From Felis catus (Eukaryota), in contig NC_058368.1 of assembly GCF_018350175.1 (NCBI RefSeq), positions 131,132,001 through 131,196,000 of the forward strand: a stretch of DNA of 64,000 nt, written 5' to 3'. Made by a program: the position numbers and the translations under genes. This document shows positions 26,133 through 38,928 of this stretch, piece by piece; within the stretch, counting starts at the first letter, position 1; every line of letters begins with the position of its first letter. Below the pieces are notes generated by a model that ran no database searches, was not told the DNA's origin, and saw nothing but the letters and a program-made list of their open reading frames with translations.

Positions 26133-27323
26133 TCTCTGTCATATTTTTAATTTCTCCTCCTATATTGCATTCTGGTTAATTTCTTCATATCATCTTCTAG
26201 TCTATTAATTCTTTACTGTGTTTAATCTGCCGTTTAACCAATCCTTTAAGTCTTCAATTTCAACTATATATTTTGCTTTTAGAAGTTTTACTTTGTTTTT
26301 CAAATATACCAAGTTATTTTAATAGACATTTGTTTCTTGCTCAAGTTTATAATTACATCATTTCTGTTAAAACTTTAAGCATGTTCATTTCATATTCTGT
26401 CTTGGATTATTATAATATCTGTGCCCCTAATTCTCTTTTCTGCTAATTTTCACTCATCGTAGCTTGGTTGCTATTGTGTTTGGTGATTTTGTATCGTGAG
26501 TTTAAATTTGGTTAGTCTCTGTTTATGGGAATCCTGAACATTTTGGTTCAGTGGACCTTCTTCCAGGAAGATTTGTTTTTGACAGCATACTACTAACCTG
26601 TGTGGGGGCATCATCTATGGCTAGGTATTATCAGATCTGTCTTTATCCCTGTGTTGGATTCAAATCAGAGATACATGTTGTTTTCCCTGAAGCTCTCTGA
26701 GGATTCTAGCTTTATGTCACTCTCCATTCCAACTCCCCACCCTGCCATCTTTTATGTCTTAGGATTTGTTCTGGTTCACTGAAAAGACATTAAAACTTCA
26801 GGATTTATGTACCTGTGATCAGCAGATGTCTCCAAGGTATCTGTAACTTCATTTCTGGATAATTACACTGGTGTTTTTTTTCCTATTGTTTTGAGGACAC
26901 TCAAGATTGTCCTTAATTTCTTGAGAGCTCAGCTCTGCCTGTTAGTTTTTACTTGCCCATGATTCTTTGGTATTTTGCAGTGGGAGAAAGTTTAAAATAT
27001 AGAATCTTCAAGATTTACCAGAAGCACAAGTTAGGAAAATGTCCACCTTACTAGGTTACATCAGGATTAAATAAGAAAATGCAACTGAAGAACTTTAGCA
27101 GAGCTCCTTATAAGTGTTTGAGAAATGTTAGTTTAAAAAAAACAAACAAACTTAGTTTTTCAAAAAATATGGGGCTTTCTTCATCTTTTCCATTTATGCA
27201 AAATCTCTGTTCACCAAACATAAATATTCATCGGCATAAATATTAATATAGAATTTTATCTTACATTTTAAAAGACAGTTATATATACATCACTTTATGT
27301 AATGGAAAACACAGAGAAATTAT

Positions 27324-27542
27324 TTTTAAATTTTTTTTTAAAGTTTATTTATTTTTGAGAGAGTTAGAGACAGAATGCAAGTGGGAGAGGAGCAGAGAGA
27401 GAGGGAGACACAGAATCCAAAGCAGACTCCAGGCTCTGAGCTGTCAGCACAGAGCCCGATGCGGGGCTCAAACTCACCAACCCTGAGATCATGACCTGAG
27501 CCCAAGTCAAACGCCCAACCAACTGAGCCACCCAGATGCCCC
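27324..27542 (-). mobile_element. Can-SINE (SINEC_Fc)
   Basis: SINE body with TSD core AGAGAAATTAT. Confidence 0.94.
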
Positions 27543-27654
27543 AGAATATAGAGAAATTATATTAAAACTTATTATTTAAGCTGATAATCAATGACTTAAA
27601 AATTCTACAGAAAAGAGTTCTAAAATTAGTCAAACTTTGCTATTAATATTTTAT

Positions 27655-28001
27655 TTTTATTTATTTTCTTTTTTTAAACGTGAGCTCCGGGGCACCTGGG
27701 TGGCTCAGTCAGTTGAGCGTCTGACTTCGGCTCAGGTCATGATCTCACGCCCGTGGGTTCGAGCCCCGCGTCGGGCTCTGTGCTGACAGCTCGGAGCCTG
27801 GAGCCTGCTTCGGATTCTGTGTGTCCCTCTCTCTCTGACCCTCCCCCGTTCATGCTCTGTCTCTCTCTGTCTCAAAAATAAATAAATATTAAAAAAACAA
27901 AATTAAAAAAAAAGTGAGCTCCATGCCCAACATGGAGCTTGAACTCACACCCCTGAGATCAAGAGTCTCATGCTGTACAGACTAACCCAGTCAGGTACCC
28001 C
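27655..28001 (-). mobile_element. Old short Can-SINE interrupted by a younger SINE
   Basis: Tail at 27655-27688 and head at 27923-28001; degenerate TSD T(A/G)TTAAT(A/G)TTTTA. Confidence 0.85.
27689..27912 (+). mobile_element. Can-SINE (SINEC_Fc) nested in an older SINE
   Basis: SINE body with TSD AAA(C/A)GTGAGCTCC. Confidence 0.95.
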
Positions 28002-28928
28002 TGTTAATGTTTTACTAAACCAATTTCTTACTTGAAATTGTCTGAGAACTAGTATTTTGAAATTCTGTTTAGAGCTCATCATTAGCAGTGTAGCCATTTT
28101 TATAGTGAATAATATCTGTCTTCTAAAATTATTTTATTCCTAATCTCCAATTACACCTTGAAAACTAAAATTAAGTAAATAGAATTGTCAAGTACGAGCT
28201 ATGCCTTTCAGCAATTTTTACTGAAAATTGGAATGATGATTGGAAGCCATTCATCCCAGGTGCATCAGTTAATGAATCTAAAACTGAAATTTGCTTCCAG
28301 ACTGAGTATTTCTTGTTTTGGCTTCTTTTTGGATTTTGCAGATTTTCCACATTGTTAGGGAAGCACAGCTGGGCTTATTAATACACGGAGGCATTCGATT
28401 TGAAGATGACTGTCATGTGTGGTCCTGGATCTCTTCCTCTGGACTGCGGAGCCAACTGCTCTGTCTTCAGTAGAAAGAAGTGGAATCAAATGCCAGTATT
28501 TGGGATTAAATATTCTGGCGCCAGCTCATGACTTGCATAATGTAATAACAGTAATAGTCAGCATGATTGTTTCTTATATTCCTGACACTATGCCAGGCCC
28601 TTTCCATGTACTGTTTGATTTCGTCTTCATAAGAGTGTAGGCCGTTCAATTTTTCAGACAGATAAATGGAGGCCAAGAAAGGCCTTGGGCTTGTTTCTTA
28701 AATGCTTGAGTATAATGAGGAAACAAAATTTGCGGCCCTAGACAACGACTTCCTACACGCAACTACCTGTAGAGCAACTGTTGTTGCTCATTCATTCAAG
28801 GTCACCACCTCATGCTCAGCATTAATCAGGCAGAGAGAGAGGACAACATAGATCCTAGGTAGAAAGTTCAGTCCTCCTCAAAACATGTCCTCAGGGCTTC
28901 CTGCCTTATTTTTACCAATCATGTTTTT

Positions 28929-29143
28929 TAATGTTTTTCTAATGTTTATTCTTTTCTGAGGAACAGAGAGAGAGTGTGTGAGCAGGGGAGGGGCAGAGAG
29001 AGAAGGAAACACAGAATCTGAAGCAGGATCTGGGTTCCAAGCTGTCAGCACAGAGTCTGACACGGGGCTCGAACCCAAGAACCGTGAGATCATGAGGTGA
29101 GCCAAAGTCAGAGGCACAACCGACTGAGCTACCCAGGCACCCC
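28929..29143 (-). mobile_element. Can-SINE (SINEC_Fc)
   Basis: SINE body with TSD TTACCAATCATGTTTTT. Confidence 0.94.
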
Positions 29144-29554
29144 ATTACCAATCATGTTTTTAAAGAATAGCCTCTGATGCCCCTTGGAGGACCCTGAGAC
29201 CCTAACTAGTATGGATTGTCTGCCTGTTAACTTCCTCAGCACCACCTTCCTGACTTTCTGTCAGTTGGTATAAAATGGTAGGGGACTGCAAGCTCTTCCA
29301 GCCCAAACTTAATCAATTTGCAGAAAAGGAAACTGAAGGTCCTCATCGTTAAGTGATTTGCCCTAGATCACATAATGGATGCCTTATATTGGTCTGACTG
29401 CATCAGTTAAAAGATACATACCATGACTATCCAAGTTTCAGGCTAACCTCCTGCCCAAATCCAGTTGAAAATACCCAAAGAATTTGAAATAGACCAAAGA
29501 AGCTTAAGTCTGTGTTCAATAATCTTTTCCTTCCTTCCTTCTTTCCTTTCTTCC

Positions 29555-30075
29555 TCCCTTCATTCATTTATACGAGCACTTAATGTATGTCTACTGTGAG
29601 CCAGGCTGTAAGACTATAAAGATAGACATGCGCTAAGGACTATGAAGAAGACAGAGCCCCTGTATTAACTCGTTTAGTGAAGCATGCTCCCCGGCCACAC
29701 TAGAAAGCCTCATCAGGAGTGCAGAATATCCTGGCTCAGTCATTCTGCTGTGTTTCTTGAGTACTTACTTTTTTTTCCTGGGCTTTTGATTCATAGTGAT
29801 AAACAAGGCACTTAAGGACCCTGTATTGAAACTAGTAGAGACAAACTATAAGCTGGTGAATAAATGCATACATACACACATACGTACATACATAATTTCA
29901 GGTGCTGATAATGCTATGAGGAAGATAAAATTGAGCAATATGGTGGAGTGGCTGCCGGGGGTGGGGGGGTGGTGCATACTCTTACAGGATTAGTGATGTG
30001 AGGCTTCCCTCAGAGGTGACATTTAAGTTGACATCCAAATAATGTAAAGAAGACAGCCATTCCAAGATCTCACGG
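29555..30075 (-). mobile_element. L2 fragments
   Basis: CATTCATTTA...CTACTGTGAGCCAGGC and GGCTTCCCTCAGAGGTGACATTTAAGTTGA motifs. Confidence 0.6.
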
Positions 30076-31140
30076 ATGGGATGTGACAGTAACACACTGA
30101 TCATCTCTGCCTTTGGGCAGAGCCTGGGGCAGCGAAGCCCTTAAGCAGCTGCCTCTAGGACTCAGTAGTGGATAGTTTTCTCTCTTTACTCCAAATTGTT
30201 GTGCAAATGTTCCCATTTTTCTGTGTGTCCCAAGATAGGCAAAGCATTGGGCAGCACTATCCTAGTTGAAGGGAAAATCCAAGAGGAAGGAAAGCAAATG
30301 AGATTTAGCCTAGTAGGTTGGGTAACAGAAAAAGCAGAGACCACCAAAAGTGGAAAGGGAGAAGGAACAAGATCAGAGAGCGGGCAGGAGCCAGATCGTG
30401 TCGTCTCTCGTAATTTTGGCATATATCGGTGAAAGGTAGATGGATATAAAGGTTATATTTGTTTACTTCCACAAAGGAATAGATACATTACTATGTTAAA
30501 GCATATATTAAATAAGTTAATTAAAAAATAGATCAACAAGAAATACTGAAAAAAATACGAAGAGTGGAGAAGAAAATTTTATCTGGAGTCTGGTATGAGT
30601 TTCCGTAATTGAGCACTAACATTAATACTGAGTTTCCCAGTGGCCAAAATCTAAAATAAAATATCAGGGACCACATAATTTTCTTTGTCTAGTTAAAGGA
30701 AAGATGAAGTTACATTAGGAGATAAAGACTTGTCCTGGATTTGTAAGTTATACAAATAATTTAGTAAGTTATATATTCCTTGCCATTTTGCTTAAGTTCA
30801 AAAGTAATGTCACTTCATGAAAGTTAACGTTTTATCTTAGTGAAGGCCTTTCATCAGAAATGGATCTATATCTATATCTGTATCTATACTTCCATGAACA
30901 TGGTTTTCTGATGATAATCTTGGGTCAACTGAATTTACTTGCCTCCTAGATATCCCCATATGTCCATTCCTCCACATAATTTCTTGCAGCTCCTTCAACC
31001 TGGCATATACATCCCCATCTTTTCCACTAAAAACATGTATACCCCCAACACAAGGCCCAAGCCCAAGCCCTTAGTGACTACACAATAATTTTCTAGTTTA
31101 CTTAGAATCTCACCTAGGTAGCCTTTTAAAATAGATAGGT

Positions 31141-31335
31141 ATGTGGTGGCTGGGTGGCTCAATCAGTCGGGCGTCTGACTCTTGACTTTACCTCAGGTCA
31201 TGAGCTCATAGTTCATGAGTTTGAGCCCTGCATCCCCGCTTGGGATTCTGGCTCCCTGTCTCTCTGCCTCTCCACACTTGCTCTCTACTTCTCTCTCCAA
31301 ATACATAAAAATAAAGGTAAAAGAAAAAAAAGTTT
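31141..31335 (+). mobile_element. Older Can-SINE inserted into a MER5A-like element (about 31100-31445)
   Basis: SINE body with TSD AAAATAGA(T/C)AGGT; the flanks read as MER5A (GAATCAGAATTTCTA...TTTCCAGGTGATTCT). Confidence 0.85.
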
Positions 31336-31811
31336 AAAATAGACAGGTCCTACCCCAAACAGATTGAATCAGAATTTCTAGACAAGAGCGCCTGGGCATT
31401 GGTATTTCTCAAGCTTTCCAGGTGATTCTAGTGAGTAAGTTGGGTTAATTGCTGAGCTGGCTTAGAGCTTTCTCCTACTTGTAGTGGCCTCTAAAAAGAA
31501 TGCAGACATTCACCTTTGGTGCTTGCTTCAGATGGGTTTCCTTCCTGACGCAGGGGAAAAAAATAACCAACCAACTACAACAGAATGTGCCACAACAAGA
31601 AAGTCTTTTTGGTCACCTCCGATGGAAAATAAATGAGTAATTACCTCTTTGACCTTGTATCTAATGAGGAAAAACTGCATAGCAAATCTGCTTTGGTTCT
31701 GGCTTCGGTCAAAAGCTGTACAGAAATAGACATTTCAGTGAGTCCTTTTCACCTTCTCAGCAAGGAAAGAGGAGAGAACATTTGAGAAACATGATAGAAG
31801 GGAACAAATTA

Positions 31812-31985
31812 AAGTGTCTCTCAAACCTGAGTGTGCATAAAATCACTTGAAGAGCTTGTTAAAATGCAGATTCCCAGTCCCCAACAATCAGTGATTCTGT
31901 TTGAGTAGTAGTTCTGGGGTAGGTCCCGAGGATCTGTACATTTAACAAGCCCTCTACATTTCTGGTGCCGGTGGTTTAAAGGCCA
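31812..31985. mobile_element. MER5A-like DNA transposon
   Basis: CTCAAACCTGAGTGTGCATAAAATCAC...GAGCTTGTTAAAATGCAGATTCCCAG. Confidence 0.75.
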
Positions 31986-32786
31986 ATGGGAAATAGGAGT
32001 TTACAAAAAGCTGCCTTTTTGGTAATACATATAAATGCTCCTTCCGGATTCTCAACATACCCAAGGGCTCTTCAACCACTTTTGACAGGGAATAGAAAAT
32101 GGAGAAAATCTAAGTTTGGAGGCAAATTTCAAGGACCACCACAGAGTCAAAGGATAGTAGGGAGAAAGCAGCTCAGGCACAAGGGGAGACAGCTGGGGAG
32201 CTAAGGGCTCCAGCATCAGAAAGGCATTCAGGTGGGGAAGCCAGATCTGGGTTGGACTAGAGACACTTGTCAACTAGAGCAGATTCTCTGTGGTGGGCAA
32301 CAGAGAGAATAATGTCCCAGCTGCTCTCCTGGAAGTCACATGTAATAATCCTGTGCTTCTTAAATGCAAACGCCTCTAATCAAGCTGTGAAAAACATACC
32401 AACTTTGGTCTGCTATTGTTGGCCAAAGGCTAATTTGGTCACATCCTGGGGCTTCCATTCTCACACTCCTGTTAGAAACAAACTGCTTCAAGTTTAGGAA
32501 ATGTGAGCCTCAGGAAGTCTGCTCAGAAACACACACTGGCCTCTCTGTGAGGCCGAGCAAGAGAGCAGGGAGCGACCAGAAGCCTAATTTCTATAGTAGA
32601 GCCATTAAATAGATTGTAGACTTCCAGCATCCATTCTCCCCATTGGAATCAGCAAAAATCAACAGAATACAAAGTGTAATAAGCCATAGCAGTGCTAAAC
32701 ACAGCAGTCTGTCTTCTCATTCATTACCTCATTTGCTTATTCATCATTTATTCTTTCATTCCAAAAATATGTAAACCCCAGCATGG

Positions 32787-33075
32787 GTGTTAGCTTACTT
32801 CCCTCATAAGCAGTATCTAAGACAAAGAATGGGTTACAAGTAGTGGTTTTGGAGGTGACCCCAAGGAACAGAAGTGAGGATATGTAATGACAGGGAAAAG
32901 GCAAGAGGGAAAGCCACTGGATGTAAGAGCATATTGTAGAGACTATCACCGTGGGCAGTGGGACCTCCGTTCTGCTGGAGCTCTGAGAAGCATCATTCTG
33001 TTTCCTGACGTTGTCTCCTGAGAGATGTGAGGATGAAGCAATTATCTGCAAAGGTTCTAGTCCTCCAGGTGAAAA
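32787..33075 (-). mobile_element. Old MLT1-type LTR fragment
   Basis: AAGCAGTATCTAAGACAAAGAATGGGTTACAAGTAGTGGTTTTGGAGGTGACCCC. Confidence 0.5.
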
Positions 33076-33533
33076 GTTTAACTGTGATTAAGTCGTTAAG
33101 CTACTAAACTTCACACACCTGGAGGCAAAGGAAGCCCCACCCTCCACCCCCTTCCGGGGTCCAAGAACAAAGAGGAATCTGGGCAGAGAACAAAGTGAGA
33201 GGCTGTCCACCTGTAACCTGACTAATGTGAGTATGCTCCTTCGTGAGTTACTGACTGAGACTGCATCAGATGGAACTGTCCCCAAAAGTAATCTTTATTT
33301 GCAGCAAATAAGGAGATCACGGGAATAACTTCCAAAGCCCTGGGCTCTTAATAGGTCATGAATGGGCTCTTTTTATTTAGAGTTTAGGGTGAATATTCAG
33401 AAAGGGGAGCCTTGTCTTCCCACGTAAAGGCAGAAGGCGGTTGTGCAGGAGTACTTAGAAAACAAGCCTATACACGCATTGTATGTTATGATAGTGAAGG
33501 GGTGCTCCTCTTAGAGATTAGAGACTTCAACTA

Positions 33534-33576
33534 CCTTCCTTCCTTCCTTCCTTCCTTCCTTCCTTCCTTCCTTCCT
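33534..33576. repeat. (CCTT)n microsatellite
   Basis: Read directly from the sequence. Confidence 0.95.
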
Positions 33577-33714
33577 CTTCTCTCTCAGGCTTGCTTCCTG
33601 GCAGTCACTTAGTATTAATGATTTGAAACATCTGTTCTAACCTCCACCTCTGCACAGATAAGTATCCAAAACAACCACAGGAATTATAGATCTGTTTGTT
33701 TCTAATGATGATAA

Positions 33715-33950
33715 CAATAACATATAACTAACAGACAGTAAATATCATGTACCAAACACTGTTCTGAGAGTTTTATACATAGTAATTATTTTTCTACTTT
33801 CAACACCTTTATGATGTTATATTTTTCCATTTTAAAGAGGGGAAAAGTGAAGCACTAAGTTATGTCACTTACCAGATCACACATCTAATAAGCAGTGGAA
33901 CAGGGACCAGAGATACAAAAGGTCTGGCTCCAGAGGCTGTGGTCTTGGTC
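33715..33950 (-). mobile_element. MIR SINE
   Basis: CCATTTTAAAGAGGGGAAAAGTGAAGCAC...CAGATCACACATCTAATAAGCAGTGGA core. Confidence 0.7.
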
Positions 33951-34822
33951 ACTGGGTCCTGCTCAGGATTTCTCAGCTTTCCATCTGTGGTCAATCCCCC
34001 TTGTCAATGTACCTCTGACACTCTAGAAGTTACACATACCTCATTGCAACGTCTGCATTCAAAACACCCCTTCATTTTCTTTGTTTTCCTAGGGCTAAAT
34101 CCTCTTCCCTTGACACTTTCTCACAGGAAGAAATTTCCATCCATCTGATTAATTTATTTTCAAGAACCAAGTCATGATTATACTTGTAGCAGTCCATGTA
34201 GCAATTTCCTGCATCTATTCACCTAATCACTACCCCTTGATCCAAGCAACTTGTTAATTTTCCGTTGTGGTCTATATGTTACCAACCTCCGATAATGCTT
34301 TTCTCCCAAGGCAGTAACCTTCCAGACTTCCGCAGTTTTTTGAACACAGCATAATCACCAAGTCATGGTCTTTAATTGAACTGAAATGGCTAGACATCAG
34401 GCATCATTTCATTTCTCTTTCGCTATCATTTGGTTGTTACAGCTAGCTTGTCACAGCTAGGGACAGTGTCAAATTGCTCTCAAATTTTCGGCTTTACCTT
34501 TACAGATAACCACTCTACCTCCTTGCTCTCTTTGCCTCAGACATTTTCATTTTGTGCATACCTAAGAGAGTTATTAAAGACTTTCCAACATTTGGAAAAG
34601 TTTAGTGCTGACTGGAATTTAATTCTGTTTGAAGAAAAATCAGTCGACAGGCATGACAAAGGTGCATTGTATTTCAGACCTCTGTCTATGGAGGTTTCAG
34701 AAAAAAAAAAGATTCTTTTCCTCTTGATAATGGCAATAATCATGAACATTCACTGCTGCTTATTATATGCCAGACACTGCCAAATGCTTTTCATGCATTA
34801 CTTCATTTTTTAAAGATGAGGA

Positions 34823-35053
34823 GGGGCGCCTGGGTGGCTCAGTCGGTTAAGCGTCCAACTTCGGCTCAGGTCATGATCTCGCGGTCCGTGAGTTCGAGTC
34901 CCGCGTTGGGCTCTGTGCTGACAGCTCAGAGCCTGGAGTCTGTTTCGGATTCTGTGTCTCCCTCTCTCTCTGCCCCTCCCCCGTTCGTGCTCTGTCTCTC
35001 TCTGTCCCAAAAATAAATAAACGTTAAAAAAATTTTTTTTAAAAATAAATAAA
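34823..35053 (+). mobile_element. Can-SINE (SINEC_Fc) inserted in a MIR core
   Basis: TSD TAAAGATGAGGA; the MIR continues as AACTGAGGCTCAGAGA. Confidence 0.96.
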
Positions 35054-35391
35054 TAAAGATGAGGAAACTGAGGCTCAGAGATGTCAAGTACCTTGTTTAC
35101 CATCACACAGCTGTAGTCATTCCAGAGTCTATGCCTTAATCAGACCTGAAGATTCTGATCTTCTTTGTCCATTACTTGGGCAATTAATACTTGGGCAGCT
35201 ACATACTTCAGTATGTAATGAATATGAGAAAATATCTTGAAAAAGAAAAGATTACCATGTTCACAAGTGATCTTAGCTTTGGAATTTCACAACTGAACTG
35301 CACAGATATTCTGTTCCTTGTCAGCTAGTGGACTCTCTACATCTGTTCTCTGAATGTTACCAGCAGAGGTATTGACATCTACTACCCTTTA

Positions 35392-35635
35392 TTTTTTATT
35401 CATTGTTGTTTAAATGTTTATTTATTTATTTTTGAGAGAGAAAGAGAAAGAACATAGGTGGGGGAAGGACAGAGCGAGAGAGGGAAACACAGAATCCTAA
35501 GTAGCCTCCAGACTCTGTTGCACAGAGCCCGACTCAGGGCCTGAACTCATGACATGGGACTCTAAGTTATGAACTGTGAGATCATGACCTGAGCAAAAGT
35601 CAGACACCTAACCAACTGAGCCACCCAAACGCCCC
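35392..35635 (-). mobile_element. Can-SINE (older)
   Basis: SINE body with TSD TCTACTACCCTTTA. Confidence 0.92.
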
Positions 35636-35869
35636 AGAATTCTACTACCCTTTAGCATCAGGCTACAAGTGATAGATGACTAGTACTAACACTAGAGTTA
35701 AAGTTAATAATTTTTATCAGTTCCCCTAACAAGAAGATTATAGGTAGAATGGGCTCCATGTATAGGACCTAAAGGGTTAGGATTCACTTTGTTACTTTTT
35801 GTTCCTTTTGGGTTCTCTCTTTATTAGCTTTTTCCTCAGGATTGCATCCTGTAGAAACTAGGGCAAATA

Positions 35870-35918
35870 CTTCTTCCTCTTCCCTCCTCCTCCTCCTCCT
35901 CCTCCTCCTCCTCCTCCT

Positions 35919-35951
<33 letters not shown>

Positions 35952-35988
35952 TCTTCTTCTTTTCTTTTTCTTTTTCTTTTTCTTTTTT
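35870..35988. repeat. Polypyrimidine compound repeat (CCT)n/(CTT)n/(TTTTTC)n
   Basis: Read directly: about 119 nt of only C and T. Confidence 0.95.
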
Positions 35989-36149
35989 TGGATCCAGCAG
36001 CAAAAGAAAGAAAAACAAAGCTAAACAAAACACTTACTCAAGTATGACTGACCATTTTTTCCTTTAGCCCACTGGGCCAGCCTCAGTCATGTGCCTGCCC
36101 TGGGGAAGAAAAAAAAAGCGCATGATCCCCATCAGTCCATAAAAAAACC

Positions 36150-37870
36150 AAAACAAGCAATAAAACCTTCCTGATAAAATCTAACATTCATTTGTTATAA
36201 AACAGTATATTCAGACTTTAATCACAAAAAGCCCTCCCTTTGCTTGACAAAATGAGTCTATCCATAATTTATAGCAGGAAATAACCATTCTACTGGTAAA
36301 ACTTCAGGAGCATTCTCAATAAAGTTAATGTTACACTAAAGGTCCCAAGCCATATAATAAAAGAAGAAAAAGAAATAGGAGTCCCGATAATTGAAAAGTT
36401 AAAAGCAAATGTAACATTACCTTTAGGAAATATCACGTACACAGAAATCAAAAGAATGTCTATGAATGATTAGTGCTAATAAGAGAATTCTAAATAAGTT
36501 ATGGATTTCCACTTAACACATAAAAAATAAGAGCTTTCATATATACCTACAATAAAGAGATATAATGGAAAATATTCATAGTGGCAATAAATATATAATG
36601 CACTTAGGAATAATTTTAACAAATGAGATGAAAAACATACTCAGCTCATTATGGACGAACATGAAACATCTAAATGATCTAAATGAATGACGATATAGGC
36701 AAATACGTGATGCCAGATGGAAAGTCATAATGTCCAAGATATGCATGTTATGCAAATTAAGTTATAAATTCAATGCCATATCAATTTTAAAAATCTCAAC
36801 AAACCTAAACATGAACTTAACTGACCCTGAAATTTACATAAAACAAAAGTCATTATGAAAGTGAAAACTTTTTAACTTTAGGGAGAGAATATATTTGTCA
36901 TATATATATGTTATATATATGTCATATATATATGACAAATGTATTTGACATCTATATATGTATATGTGTGTGATATATATGACAAAGGGTTAGTATGCTA
37001 AACATGAAAAAAAAATCCTCTAAGTCAGTCTAAGAAAAAAAAAATTAAAACAACCTCTTTAACCACTGGAAAATAGACAAAGGATATGAACACATAACAC
37101 ACAGATTAGGAACCCTAAATGACTGACATATGATGAGATTCCCAGCTTCCTTAATGATCAAAGAAATGCAAAATTAAAACAATAATGAGCCACCATGTCA
37201 AATCCATCAGACTGGCAAAAACGTTGACACGCCAAACATAGGCAAGTTCCTAGGGAAACAGGGACTCATAAATCATAGATGGTGAGTATACATTTGCATA
37301 GCTGCTTAGAAGAGCAATTATGTCTTTGAACTGTTTTGAAAAGCAACAATATGTGGCAAACATACCTAGTCTGCTTTTAGATATATTGCAGAGAAACTCT
37401 TACACGTGTACTTCCAGAGGTTAAGTATCACATTGCTAACTGCAACATTGATTGTAATTAAAAGAGATAAACGAAATGGGGTACATTATGATACTTGTAT
37501 AGCAGTTAAAATGAAATGAGATTTAAATACAATCACTGAAGGTCAGATCCCAAACAAATATTTCGTGAAAAGATATAGCTAGCATGATATAATTTGTGAA
37601 ATTTTCAATACCAACATACCCCAAATACATATTATTATGGATAAACATATGTAATAAACACGGACTTGAAGAATACATACAAAATTCAGGACAATCGTTG
37701 TTTTAGGAGAAGAGAGAAAAATGGGACTTCTTGTATTAAGATTATACCTAAAGCAAAAATAACAGAAGTTTAATATTTATTAGTCTTGGTGATTGAATCA
37801 TGGCTATGCATTAAGCCATCCTCTGTATGTTTCTGTATCTTTAAATCTGTTTCAACATGTTTTAAAAGTG
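36150..37870 (+). mobile_element. Ancient decayed L1 (ORF2 3' part and 3' UTR)
   Basis: A-rich sequence with L1 motifs such as ATCAAAGAAATGCAAAATTAAAACAATAATGAGCCACC and CCATCAGACTGGCAAAAA. Confidence 0.7.
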
Positions 37871-38262
37871 CTAAATATTTTTAATGTGATGATTATAGGC
37901 TCAAGGCAAAACAAAAGACCATAAAATGAAATATCTACCTTTTTTCTCATTCCTTTTCCCCCCATAGCTACACGCATGTTGTAACTCCTAATATAGCTTA
38001 AACTTTATCTCATGTTGGATCTGGAGGCTTATAAAAATAATTGCATCTATCATATAATGCCTCCATCTTTTCCAAAATCAATGAAAAAGAAAGTGAGCAA
38101 GAAAGCTAACAAAGCGCGCAAGCTGCCTAAGAACCATTGTTTTACAAACTATTACTTCCAAGGGCCATTATCTCTGCTTTTGTTTAATTTACCATTAAGA
38201 TTGAGTTCTATGATGCAATAGAAATGTACTTGGTAATTTTAAAAGCCCCAGGATGTCCCAGA

Positions 38263-38391
38263 TTTTTGTTTTTTAGGTAGGCTCCACACCCAGCACGGAG
38301 CCCAGGCAGGGCTTGCGCTCAAGACCCTGAAATCAAGACCTGAGCTGAGATCAAGTCAGATGGTCGACTGACTGAGCCACCCAGGCACTCC
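38263..38391 (-). mobile_element. Short old Can-SINE
   Basis: GTAGGCTCCACACCCAGC...GACTGAGCCACCCAGGCACTCC. Confidence 0.88.
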
Positions 38392-38880
38392 ATCTCAGCT
38401 TTTTTTTTTTAAGGCCTGTATTTAACATATGGGAATCAACACAACATCATTAGCCTCTCAGAAAACCTCCAAAGCATCTATGTCCAAAGAGCCCCTTGGG
38501 CCGCATCTTTACTCCTAATTTCACTTTATCTAAGTAAGATTCTTTTCAAGAAAGGCAAAATCACTTAGATGGAATTTGTGTGTATTCTCTCTCTAAAAAT
38601 CACACTACTTTGAACTTGATGGCATTTGTATCCAGTCACAGTCCAAAAACCAGGGCAGAGCAAGTCCTTGAAACAGGATTCACCTGGAAACAATGAAATT
38701 TATGACACAGCAAAGCCTGCAGAAGATACACTTAAATCCTTCCAATGGCTGCAAATGCCTAACTTAACCAGTCTGTATCCATACTATGAAAATTGTTTTT
38801 GTAGTTTTTAAATTTTGGAATAGTTTCAGACTTATAGAAAGTTGCAAGAATACTACAAAGAATCCCTGAACATTTTACCT

Positions 38881-38881
38881 A

Positions 38882-38925
<44 letters not shown>
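38881..38925. repeat. (CA)n microsatellite within an old L1 3'-end fragment (about 38795-39390, minus strand)
   Basis: Repeat read directly; the flank TTTCAGACTTATAGAAAGTTGCAAGAATACTACAAAG is typical of L1M 3' ends. Confidence 0.9.

Positions 38926-38928
<3 letters not shown>

Larger units (their letters stand above)
14760..26560 (-). mobile_element. Ancient, highly decayed L1 (L1M-type) hosting nested insertions
   Basis: T-rich antisense L1-like sequence: 3'-UTR-like near 14800-15100, ORF2-like at 15850-18710 resuming after 24220, and ORF1-like at about 25370-26500. Boundaries are approximate. Confidence 0.65.

Noticed and set aside
33250..33520. Possible LTR fragment on the minus strand
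   Set aside because: The resemblance is too vague to name a family or set boundaries without a repeat search.
35836..36033. Poly-Glu and poly-Leu ORFs
   Set aside because: They are translations of the (CCT)n microsatellite.
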